DNA from: Phoronis australis
Taxonomy: Eukaryota; Animalia; Phoronida
Length of the DNA: 64,000 bases
Direction of reading: 5' to 3'
Assembly (NCBI GenBank): GCA_002633005.1
Contig: NMRA01000070.1
Coordinates: 277,575-341,574 of the forward strand
Shown: piece by piece, positions 25,094-36,200 of the stretch
Numbering within the stretch: the stretch's first letter is position 1
Layout: each line of letters begins with the position of its first letter
Notes under the pieces: generated by a model
Told to the model about the DNA's origin: nothing
What the model saw: the letters and a program-made list of their open reading frames with translations, nothing else
The model's database searches: none
Position numbers and translations under genes: made by a program

Positions 25094-27234
25094 ATGTCAA
25101 ATATACTTTGATATAAAAACCGTTCACACAGCGAAAATGAAATGATCATATTTTAGACCACTAACACTATTTCTGAGATCACTTCAGGAATACTTTCATA
25201 ACATTAAATTCGATCTTGTTATTGATACCGTTGTCTTACTATCAACGTGCCTTTGTTTTTTGTTTTTTTTTGTTTTTTTTGCTAAGTTTTACGGTTTTTG
25301 AGAGACTGTGCCCTGAAACCAGGTATGAAACAGTGTACATCAATAAATACAAATGCCTGAATGATTGGCAAGTAGATTATTTACTTCGCTTTTCCAAATC
25401 AAACACTCAAGTATTTGGTCATATTGTGATGGCACACTGGAGTACACACATGTTGTCGAAACCGGTAACTTCCAGCATGTTGACAAATGAACTGGTGTCA
25501 GTAGTGTTAGTAGTTTTGATTTACAGCCACTAAAAGTATAGTGCTTCGCTGTCGATGACTTTGAATCACTTGTTGGTGTCATGGACCTTTGGATTAGTTT
25601 CGAAATAAATGGCTTTTCTGTCTGTTTGAATTCTGAACCTTCGGACTTACAGGGCCTTTATAAAAACAATTTTCATTTGTCGCATAATTTGCCTTCAGGC
25701 TTCTGAACCTTCACAGTATCGAGCTCGATCCTATTTACACTAATGTGTTATAATTCGCAAGCTACGCCAATTACCTGCTTAATTTTAGTCTTCGGTAGTT
25801 AATTTCGGTCTTCCATAGTTCTTCTTCCGTTTTCGTTATCCGTGGGTAGCATCGTATCGTTGTTGCGTGAATATGGCGCGTAAATAAACAAAAACCGGCA
25901 TTAATAACAATCGAGGAATCAACTAATGTTTTCAATTTGCAACTCGAATAGTATTACTAACTGAAAAATCCTTGTCAATGTCACGGCAGCCACTTCTCAG
26001 CTCCATCTGATTGCGGCATCTGCAGAGGAATTCAAATAATACCATTCAGCATGCGATCTTGAACGTCATTTGGATTTTTTCATGCTGTCTTTCTTGTAAT
26101 GTCAGGACTTGCGTTAGTATGTTAGTGCAATTATTAGTCAGGGTTAGAATGAGCGTTAGCGTCAACGCGAATATACCAGCAAGACAAGTAACATACGTCT
26201 AGTGCAAGTGAAAAGTAATAGATTGGATGGATGGAGAGATCTATCTATTAAGTACATGTGCGTCATCACCACCCAAGCACCAATACTTGAGTACAACCAA
26301 GAGCACGACTAAAATACAGTCAATTCTCAATACTTGAAATTAATTGCAAAGATCTATATACCACACAGAGTTGTCAAAGGTAGGGAATTGTAACTGCAAG
26401 AAACAGCCAGACAAAACTGATATCAATAACGAAAGTTAAATACCTCCATCGTCCTTCCTGTATTGGGTAAGACAGCATCTCATGGCGTGCGCCTTCACGT
26501 AAGAGGCAACTCCCTTGATTTTTTTTACCTTTCCGACTCTGGTGGCTCAGCGACATCTTTGGTTCGCTGCTAGTGTTGGCGAGGTCAGGGTCGTCCTTGT
26601 TTAGGTCACGTTTGACTATAGAAGAAAAAATGACTACATTTCTCTAACTTTAAAGTAGGTGTTCAAGTTGATGTATACTTTCAAATACTATGATTAAACA
26701 CTGTTCACAAAACTAAAATGAAATGATTATATTTTAGAACATTTACAGTGTTTCACTCCTGAAACATTTTTTATCAAACGAATATCCACTTTGTTATTAA
26801 TACCGTTGTCTTACTATCAATGTATCTTTTTAGCAGAAATTTACGCTTCTTGGGAAACTGGGCCTTGAAACGAGGTGTGAAACAGTGTACATGAGAAAAG
26901 ACAGATGCCTGAATGACTGGCGAGTAGTTTTACTTCGCTTTTCCAAATCAAACAAGTGTTTGTTCATATTTTGATGGCTCAAACGAGTACACGCATGTAG
27001 ACCGAACCGGTGACTTCCAGCTGAACGGATAGCTCTTGGCTCTGGTGTTATTCGTGGTCCTGTAGCACCATTTGTAAACTGCTCACGACGTCAGGTCCCG
27101 CATGTTATTGTAGACTGGTCAGTCCTGTCGTTTGACGAATGGCCAAGTCGGAACAAACAACTACAAAAAGGTAAAAGAAAACCAATTCTTTAGAAGCGAT
27201 AAAACAAATAGTACCTCATTGCCCTCAATTAACA

Positions 27235-27392
27235 ACAACAAGTGAGATACAGTGAGACACGAAGGTATGAAATCACGGTCGTCATGGTTCCGGACGGACG
27301 CCGGACGGACGCCGGACGGGCGCCGGACGGACGCCGGACGGACGGAGATGACGGCATAATGCGTCCACATATAAATATGTGGGCGCATAATA
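27235..27392. mobile_element. Short copy of the same HINE-like element
   Basis: (GGAC/GCCGGAC)n followed by agatgacggcataatgcgtccacatataaatatgtgggcgcataa is nearly identical to 25000-25093. Confidence 0.75.
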
Positions 27393-27669
27393 ACACACTA
27401 GTTAATCAAAATCCAGTAGTTTGACAAAAGCGAAGTCGCTTACTAAGATCTTCTAATTAGCCTATACAAATACCAGTTTTCTGCTCAGTGGTTTGAAACC
27501 AGTTATAAAACCATGCACAGGAATACTTTTAATAGATCATACAAGTACAACCATGTAGTCGAAAGCTAAAACTTCCGGGATGCTTTCAGATGAGACACAC
27601 CATACCTTTTGACTCTGGTTTGTTTGGTTCACAGTTATTCGGATATCATCGTGATTCGTTCGGAAGTTA

Positions 27670-28470
27670 GTGCCGCCCGTAATTACGATCGCAATTACAG
27701 CAGAGACTGCGCTCGTGTTTTACGACCGTAATCGTTAAATCCAATGAGATATTGGTTTGTAGTTTACGTGAGCTCAGCAGAAATTCTACGCTCGAAATTT
27801 TACGCTCGTATTTTTCCCTCGTAATTTTAGCAAGTAGCCGTTTGATTCAAGTACCAGTCCACGAGATCACCAGCATTTGATATTGTTTTGTGGTGCAAAT
27901 GGTTTGTCATCCAAGTGTCTTGAATAAGTAATGAATAATTTACCATCAACATTTGGAAACTCTACTGCATTACCCCAAAAACCGATTTGAACCAATGTTT
28001 TTGCAATTTCATATTATCTGCTCGCACCGTTAAGAGTAAGAAAACGAAACTTGGTCTAAATACTGAAAAAGCATGGTAATTTTAACAAATGAAATAAGAC
28101 AACCTGCTAGATATACATTTTGGCACCTCAGTAAAACGGACCACTTTCAAATGCATGCGATAGCTAGGGCAGCAAGTAAAAAAAATTCAGTCAGTCATCG
28201 ATATTTTTCAATCTTTTGCTCTGATAAACTTTGCACCTGAGATTTTATCTTCTGAACTCTTCATAATAGGTGCAAAAATACAAGCGTAAAATAACGTACA
28301 TAAAATTACAATTACTAGTGTAAAATGACGAACGTAAATTTACGAGCATACACATGTACAACTGCTTCAGAGCTCACGTGACCTACAGTCCAATTTATCA
28401 TTGGATATCAGAATTACAGTAGTAAAACGCTAGCTTTATAATAGTCTCGGTCGTAATTATGAGCGTCCAT
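27670..28470. mobile_element. MITE-like element with degenerate long TIRs
   Basis: Left cgtaattacga...cacgtgagctc-type sequence pairs with right gagctcacgtgacctac...tcgtaattatga. A second partial copy lies at 8800-9330. Confidence 0.55.
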
Positions 28471-29369
28471 CAAAATCCAGTGGTTTGACAATTGCAAAAT
28501 TACTCAAATAAAATAAAGCAATTAAGATTACATGAAATTAACCCCCGAGAAAGAACAGAACATATTTGAGCTGAACTGAAAACTTACAGTGTATGAATTT
28601 TACAACGTAAAGTGTAAATTGAATTGGTTAGGAAAATGAAGCAACGCCGCTGCAAAGAGGAAAACTATTAGAAAACTGGATTTCTTACAGTGCTGTTGTT
28701 GGTGAATGTATAGGATTGTATTCTGTCGGTCAACAAACAAAAGTAAGTGTTTTTATTCATAATAACTTAAAAGAACTAGTGAATACCATTCAATCATTCC
28801 CCATGTTGTCCTTATAATTGCCACCGAACCTGACTTGCACCATTTTTTCGTTTTAGACGACCTAAAAACTTCAAAAGCAGAAAATTTACCGACTGATTTA
28901 AATAGACTAAAAAGTTCAGAATACATGCCATAGTTAGTAAAATTGATCATTTAATCCCAAACAGCTCTTAAAAAGTTCTTATTACTTCAATAGCGTTGTG
29001 CGTGATTGCGATAATGCAAGCACAGTTTTTGTGAGATCTTTGCAAAAGCATACCCTCCTTTCTGCGAATTTGACCACACTACAAAAAGATGCTCTAAACC
29101 GTGCGGCCAAAACATATCGATTTTTAAATCAATATCTTTTGGCCGATGTAATTATGATAATATCAATCAGCTCAGTGCACATTGTCGAACTTTGTTTGGA
29201 TCTTTTTGGGAGGCACTGGCTCTCCGAGGAAGTAGTTTCAAACAGGTACGTGCATATAAATTCCCGAACATTTTGCTTCAAATTACTGATCAGAACCTCG
29301 TGTCACGAAAGTTCAATTTTTAATTTTCGGAGTTATGTAGTATCTTTTTAGTGCCGGACTTGTACTAGC

Positions 29370-29604
29370 GACGTACCTTGGGGGCCAACATAGCCCACGT
29401 CATGCAGTGCTGTTCCCCAACACCACATCACGATATTAACGGTTGAGTGATTTACGGCGAATCATTTTCAATACCAAACTCGTTCTTAGAATTTGGTAAT
29501 GTTCAACCTACTTCATATTCATATCGTCGCTATATACTGTGTTCCAACCTAATATCATCAACCAATCACAGAAATGAGGAAATAGTGTGCAAGTTCCACT
29601 TTAA
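29370..29604. mobile_element. Interspersed repeat ending in TTAA; second copy in a Nischarin intron
   Basis: accttgggggc..acatagc...caacctacttcatattca...gcaagttccactttaa is shared with about 47930-48170. Confidence 0.7.
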
Positions 29605-31169
29605 ATCACTAGTCTCTGGTGTCATAGACCCTCAGACTAGTTTCGAAATAACTAGTTTTACATTCTGTCTGATTTGTGAATCTTCGGCCTTCACAGGGCC
29701 TTTTCAAAATATTTTCATTTGTCGGATTATGGGCCTTTGGACTTGTGAAAGATAGAAGTATCTACGTATTGCACTGTGACACGCAAGCAACATTATATTA
29801 CCTTGTTAATTTTAATTGTGGTTGTTGATTTTCGTCTTCCGTCTTCCTTCATCCATTTCGGTTATCCATGGCTCGCAACTTACCGTTGGGGGTATGGGTA
29901 GGGTGTAAATATACAAAGTGCATTAATAAAATTTATAAACAATCGACAAATCAAAGATTGTTTTCAATTTTCCACTCGGAGACTAATTGAAAACTCCTTT
30001 CTTCCCTAACTCGGCACTCATCGATCACGGGAACCACTGCTGGTTGTGGCTTCTGCAGAGGAATTCAATTGACACCATTCAACATGCATTTTGTGACTTT
30101 GAACGTTGTGTTCATTCATGCTGTCTCTTTTATTAGATGTTAGGACACCTGTTAGTACGTTAGTGCAATTGTTAGTAGGGGTTAGAAAGAGCAACAAGAA
30201 AAGTAACAAATGTCATGGGCAAGCGAATGATAATAAAATTGATAGATGGATAGATCTATCCATTGAAATGCATGTGCGTCGTCGACCCATGTGTACAACC
30301 TGCAGTACAATTCAATACAGACAACATTTAAAATATATTACAACGAACTGGACACCACATTGTCACGGGTAGTGAATTGTCATCCAGACTAAAATTTGAT
30401 GAATAACGGAACTTACACACTTGCATCATCCGGCATGTATCGGATAAGACATCATCTCATTCTGCGCGCTCTCTCGGAAATTGCCACAATCTGACACAGC
30501 AGGCCGTTCAACTCAAAGGAAAATTTTCTATTGGTCATTCTATTACTCCTCGGAAGGGGTTGTAGCTCTTTCCCGTAAAATATGAGCACCTACAGACCGT
30601 TGTATATCAGTAATTTTTTAAAGTATATCTGAAATAATTATCAAGTTACAACTGCTGGAGAAGACATTTACAAATTCAACCAAGCCATCGAAGTGCAACA
30701 CCCAGATAACCACGTCGTTACACCATCCAAATCAATAAACCCGTCTTTTAGAAATTCTGAATACTGAAAGTGTGTTCTCAATGGAAGTCATATGTGATCC
30801 TGCAGTGAAGACTCTGGCGAATAGATCTTTGTGGAAACTGCATTTCAATGGGATACCTTTAAAAACCGCATGTGGGCTACGACGAAGTCATGACACAGGT
30901 CATTCATCGGTATTGTTTCGTGGACCGGAGATTTGCCTTAAAGGCGGTGGTACCTCAAGCAATTGACTGGCAGGCAGGTGTTTTTGTAGCAAATCCGTCA
31001 ACTTCAAGAGCCATGTCTTTCGATTTAGAGAACTCGTATTGCTTTCCACTACCAGGTTCTACCCAGTGGCGTATTTAGGGGGGAGGGGCATCACGTGACC
31101 TATAGTTTGTCTAATAATACTGACCGGGACTTTCTGCTAACAGAAGGTTAGCAGAAAGTTTATAAAGTA

Positions 31170-31370
31170 ACACTGGATTTCTAAAAATAGGATTCATTTT
31201 CTAAAATGGTTTTGAATTTCTAAAATACCTTTGAATAGGATTGAATTCATATAACAGGATTGAATTTATAGAGTTGCATTGAATTTTCAGTAGGATTGTT
31301 TTTTATTTCAACTAAGAGTGAATTGATTAAAGAGCATTGAGTTTACAAAATAAAAATTTGTATTTTTAAA
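31170..31370. repeat. Degenerate ~21-bp minisatellite
   Basis: Recurrent ggattgaattt/ttctaaaat units. Confidence 0.5.
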
Positions 31371-31583
31371 TAATATTTGCCTCTTCTGCTGCCCATATAA
31401 ACAACTCCTTTCATGCCAAACTCATTTCCCAGACTGAATTTTGTGCTGCGTACCTGCCAACTATCCAGTTTTTGGCTATCGCAGAACGGTCGTGCTTTTT
31501 GAAGCTTTGTCCTGGTCTCGCCAACTGTACTTCAGTTTGACACACGCGATGACGAAATTTACATATCATTATCGGTATATCAG

Positions 31584-32030
31584 CATAGGCGGATTTAGGG
31601 GAGGCCCCCCCCCCCTTGGCTGCCGCAAAAAAAATAAAACAGCAAGAGCGTAGGGAAATGTTGAGTTTATTAATTAACCCCGGTAATTAAAATTATACGG
31701 GTGAAACAAGATTTCAGTGTGTGCAGTTTTAGTGTTTCGGTGCTATACGCATCTACAATCGTGGTTTGCGCAAATCACGGCTTACAGACGGACAAAATGT
31801 TGCCCCCCCCCNNNNNNNNNNNNNNNNNNNNNNNNNNNNNNNNNNNNNNNNNNNNNNNNNNNNNNNNNNNNNNNNNNNNNNNNNNNNNNNNNNNNNNNNN
31901 NNNNNNNNNNNNNNNNNNNNNNNNNNNNNNNNNNNNNNNNNNNNNNNNNNNNNNNNNNNNNNNNNNNNNNNNNNNNNNNNNNNNNNNNNNNNNNNNNNNN
32001 NNNNNNNNNNNNCCCCCCTAAATCTGTCAA
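31584..32030. mobile_element. hAT-like MITE spanning the assembly gap
   Basis: TIR cataggcggatttagggg pairs with ccccctaaatctgtcaat. A related end lies in inverted orientation at about 15800-15893. Confidence 0.55.
31812..32012. other. Assembly gap (N run)
   Basis: Run of n flanked by poly-C. Confidence 0.99.
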
Positions 32031-33026
32031 TCTCTGAGTGTAATGCAGGCCTAGTCGGGACACCGAAATGTCGGATCGAAATTGCATCTCAGTAATCTTT
32101 GCACCGTTGGCTCACTTAGGCAAATCCCAGATGTCTCACTCCAACAAGTAAAAACCCTGACAAAGTGAGAATCGGTCACAACTGAAGACCATGGCATGTG
32201 TCACATCTCTGTTAGGCCTACTCAGTAGTGAGTGACGGTGGAATGTACTTCTCACCTGGTTGAGAAGTCATTTTTCACCACGGTGGAAAGTACCACGAAA
32301 GTAAAAAAACGTCATGTACCGGCCACCGTGGTGTGCACTCAGTGTTTTACTACGACGCGCGTGCATATATGTCGCCGGTGACTACGCCTCTCATTTCAGT
32401 TGGACGAACAACAAAGTTTTAAAGTAGACTGACTGATGAATTGAAAAACTCTGGGAGTGTCTGTCGAAGTCTTCAAACGATTTTGTTGGGAATTTTGTAA
32501 GAAAATGCATTCTTCCGCAGAGGTTTTTTCAGAAACGTATCCTTTCGTAGGGAGATTGGTTCTGAAAAGCCGCAACGGCAGTGAGTGAGCAGCACAGTCG
32601 TAGCCTACCTCTTGTATGGAAGAACCCCCGGGTTCCTTGATAAGAGCTGACTGTAAACTGCTGTGCGTGAACTTCGTGTATGTGTGAACTCGGAATACAC
32701 GAGGAAACTTGACAAGTTTCGACTCAAATAATCACGTTAACGTTGATAAAAATTTGCACTGCATCAAATCAAATTACCTAACGTATCCTTTTGCAACTAC
32801 TAGCGGATGTTATCAATTGATTTAACCATTCACATAATTCCCCCGATTTCTTGACACAAGTCACGTTTAAGGAGAAAATGGGTAATCATGAGGCCAATAA
32901 TTACAAAGAGTCCTTACACTGAACAAAAATTTCACCTGTGATTGACCAAATGAATGTTCAATTCCTAGTTCGCGCATACATACACGATCTTGAGATTAAG
33001 CAGGATTCCAAGTTGAAGTACAACAC
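32020..33026 (-). repeat. Right arm of the large inverted repeat, ending in an intact TIR next to the Nischarin promoter
   Basis: It ends with gatcttgagattaagcaggattccaagttgaagtacaacac. It lacks the ~800 bp equivalent to 18040-18845. Confidence 0.9.
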
Positions 33027-33029
33027 CCT

Positions 33030-33159
33030 CTACCACGACGCGTAGCGGCCAATGTTATAAACTACAATACTCAAACAAACATGGCGAAGAATCGAATTGT
33101 TGCAGTCGGTCTCGACATTTATTTTGACAAGTTAGTCATGACAAGATGAAGTAGGAGTT
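33030..33159 (+). promoter_or_regulatory. Probable Nischarin core promoter / 5' UTR with an upstream ORF
   Basis: CCAAT lies at about 33049 and the YY1-like aacATGGCG at 33078-33086. The uORF at 33081-33149 (22 aa) ends 10 nt before the main ATG. Confidence 0.5.
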
Positions 33160-33249
33160 ATGGCTTGCTTCAGAAAAGATGCAGACGATTTCAACTTTTC
33201 TAATTTTGTCACTGTTATTGGAGCAGAAGTGACAGACGAGAAGTATACG
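33160..33249 (+). CDS. NISCH: Nischarin coding exon 1
   Basis: MACFRKDADDFNFSNFVTVIGAEVTDEKYT then GT; aligns with the Nischarin N-terminus (V.G.E...YT). Confidence 0.8.
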
Positions 33250-36200
33250 GTTGGTATATGTCGTGAGATTGAGGCACCTGTGTCGTGACATCTTGAGTTG
33301 ACTAGGCAATGACCATCGCATCTGTTGGCCCGTCTGGTTCGGGCCAACAGAGGCGATGGTCATTGCCTAGGAGTTATGCTGAGAAGTAGAGCGAACTAGA
33401 AGAGCACAATCCCTCTTGTCAGCCTCACTGTTGTCGTAATAGCCGAGATTGCCCGACCTCGGGAATCGAACCAGCGACCCCGATTTAACCAATTTTAACC
33501 GGCGTGCTGACCATTCAGCTAATAAAGTAATAGGCAATTGCCCGTTAGCGAGTGGCTAACAGAGGCTCATATGTGATTCACCAGAAGCACTTTCACAATA
33601 TCCCCCCTTTCCTATCAACAAGCGCGCCATCAGCCAGGTGTACCTTACAGTTACATGCCTGTACATGCACCTTACATTATGCCTGTGCCCTACCAACAAG
33701 CGTGCTGTCTCAGGCCCCAGGGTTTACGAAGTGCTTCATCGGTATATCATCAGTTTGCCGACTACGCCAATTGTCGTAATAGCCGAGATTGCCCGACCTC
33801 GGGAATCGAACCAGCGACCCCGATTTAACCGGCGAGCGTGCTGACCATTCAGCTAATAGGCAATTGCCCGTTAGCGAGTGGCTAACAGAGGCTCATATGT
33901 GATGTAATGTTCCACATTTGGCACCACATGATGTTGGCACATGCATGTGTTCAGAGCACTGAACAGTTCAGTTAAGAGGATACCAAGCATGGTTTTGGCC
34001 TATTAACAGATTCTGAAACTGACTTTCTGAAACAAGATAAGACTCTGTAAGCCTTGGCAATGCTCAAAAGTTTGGAGGTAAATTTGAAAACTGTTCAAAA
34101 GTCTGCTTAAGCAGGCAAGCGTGACCTGCTAAGAACCACAATATGTAGTCTGATATAGGGAGTATGAGTCTTACTGATTCCAGATTTTATGTTTCTAGAT
34201 TGATGCCAATGATGCATTTAGCAGATGACAGAACGAGGATTGGTTGAAATCATCAAGATAGGGTTCAGTATCAAGGGTAGTTAGAGTATTTCCCACCTAG
34301 GTTTTAGTCAGAGGAGTCTGATAACAGTTAACCATTTACTACAAATAGGATTTGAGGTCTGACTATTGGATCGCAATTTATCACTTTTTATCTTTGGTAG
34401 TTATTTGGCATTAAATATTACTTAGGCTGTGTAACTAGCTATGAGCGTGTCTAAAATTTTGATAACTGTTTGCATGTTATGATTACATCAGGCACAGTTT
34501 CATGGTTGCTGCTCGTAGGGATAACATTTTCTTGAGAAAAATTAAAAGATCAGATCATAGTGTTAGTAGTTTGAAGTTAGGACTGAATTGATAGCAAGAT
34601 GATGAACTATACCTTGTCACTAGGTGGCGGTAGCGTAGTTGTTGGACAGCTTTTTGCATTCTTGCATGGATTTAATTCAGTGCGATTTTTCCAGACTGTT
34701 TGTTACGGAATTCCTTTCTGCCTTCATGCTGTCAGTTGCCATTGTTCTGTGGTGAGATAGTTTAAGCAATTCATGCTAGAATGTCTGCCTCAAAATGTCC
34801 GTGAACAAAAGAAATATGTTTCTTCCCTGTCAACTCGTCTAGTGATGCACACCAGAGTTAGAAACTAGGTCAAGCAACAGGCGCTTTTGTGCTCTCACAA
34901 CTGTGAAGAGTTGTATGTAACATGTTTCGTATTGGTCAAATGCCAGAGGTTGGAGTTTGTGGATCACTTTTAATGCCACTGTGAATGGTGTTCTGGTGTC
35001 ACAGACCACTTTCTTTACAAGCATGTTTGCTCTTCCAAGTCAAAGCCAATGTATCCTTATCCTTTGAAATTGGTTATTACTCAAAATTGAACTGGCATTC
35101 TCTATTCTACTTTTGTATGTCAACTCAAGTTTAAATTTCTACTACTGTATGCTTGAGTACATAGGGCTTAGGCGATTAACTCTATTAATCTTATTTTGCT
35201 GGTTACGACCTTGCTCAGTAAGGCTAAAATTTTGAGTCTGAACTCTAAAATTTGAGTTTTTACTTGGAATCTTAAGTTTTCATTTGAGGTTTTACTTCAA
35301 CTCTCTAGGGGCCATCTAGTGGTACGAACTTAAACTAGAAACTCAAATACAAAACCATAGCGTACTCGAGTACTTTAAAATGGACACGTACGGTATCTTG
35401 AATTTGCATGCATGTTAGTAAACTGACCGATGATGGAATTTTTGGGTAAAATCAGGCAAGATCGGCGAAATTTATGCCAGATGTGGTTGTCTGTGTCCTA
35501 TGTTCGTTCACCGCCGGAAGGACTTGAGTTACGGAACGATGTTACGCCTTCACTTAGGCATTTACGGGGGAAATCAGAGGAAAAATAGTGCTACAACCCT
35601 TCAGCAGGGGATCGTTGCACCTTTACGCTACATTTCAGCATAACGCTGTGTGGTAATGACGGCATTGGCTTCATAGTTCATAACTGATTTTGATTTTGTA
35701 CTTTTGTTTGACTCGACAGAATTCATGTACGACAATCAAACCACTATCTAAACCATCTGATTGCCGCATACAACTTAGTAAATGATTAGAAGTTGTGTAT
35801 GAGAGTTGAAGTGTGAATGTGCAGACAGTGCTTTAGAGGTATGTCTTTATGCTGTCTGATAAAAGTAACTTCAGTGTGTTTAAAATTTGTCAATTCGAAC
35901 TTGTGTTAAAGTATTTGAAAACATTGCCCGTTTTCATCAGACTTTTGTGAAATTTTCAGATATACACAATTCGTGTGACACTTGGAAAATACTTCTGGAC
36001 AGTTCAGCACCGCTACAGAGAATTTCTGGAGCTACACGAAAAAGTAAGTTTTACCGACTGAGTAAGATTTTAATCAGTTTTCAAACTGCACGTTATTGAT
36101 TCTTCACAAACTTGTGTGACAGTTTTGAGTAAGTTTGGTGTGTGACTCAAAATAATTTCGGTTACGAGTTTTCAACCTATAGGCATCTTTAGATTTACTG

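Larger units (their letters stand above)
19790..30480 (-). repeat. Tandem array of four degenerate multi-kb units, each containing a decayed exon-like segment
   Basis: The anchor cat.gacc...tagtttcgaa occurs at about 19805, 22945, 25580 and 29623. Shared blocks such as gttagtatgttagtgcaa and gaaagtta...catctcat recur in all four units. Confidence 0.85.

Noticed and set aside
31701-32095. ORFs spanning N runs (also at 7957 and 49727)
   Set aside because: Artefacts of translating assembly gaps.
33790-33862. Functional tRNA-Asn gene
   Set aside because: A and B boxes are present, but the acceptor and anticodon stems pair poorly and the sequence is duplicated as part of the TRIM LTRs.
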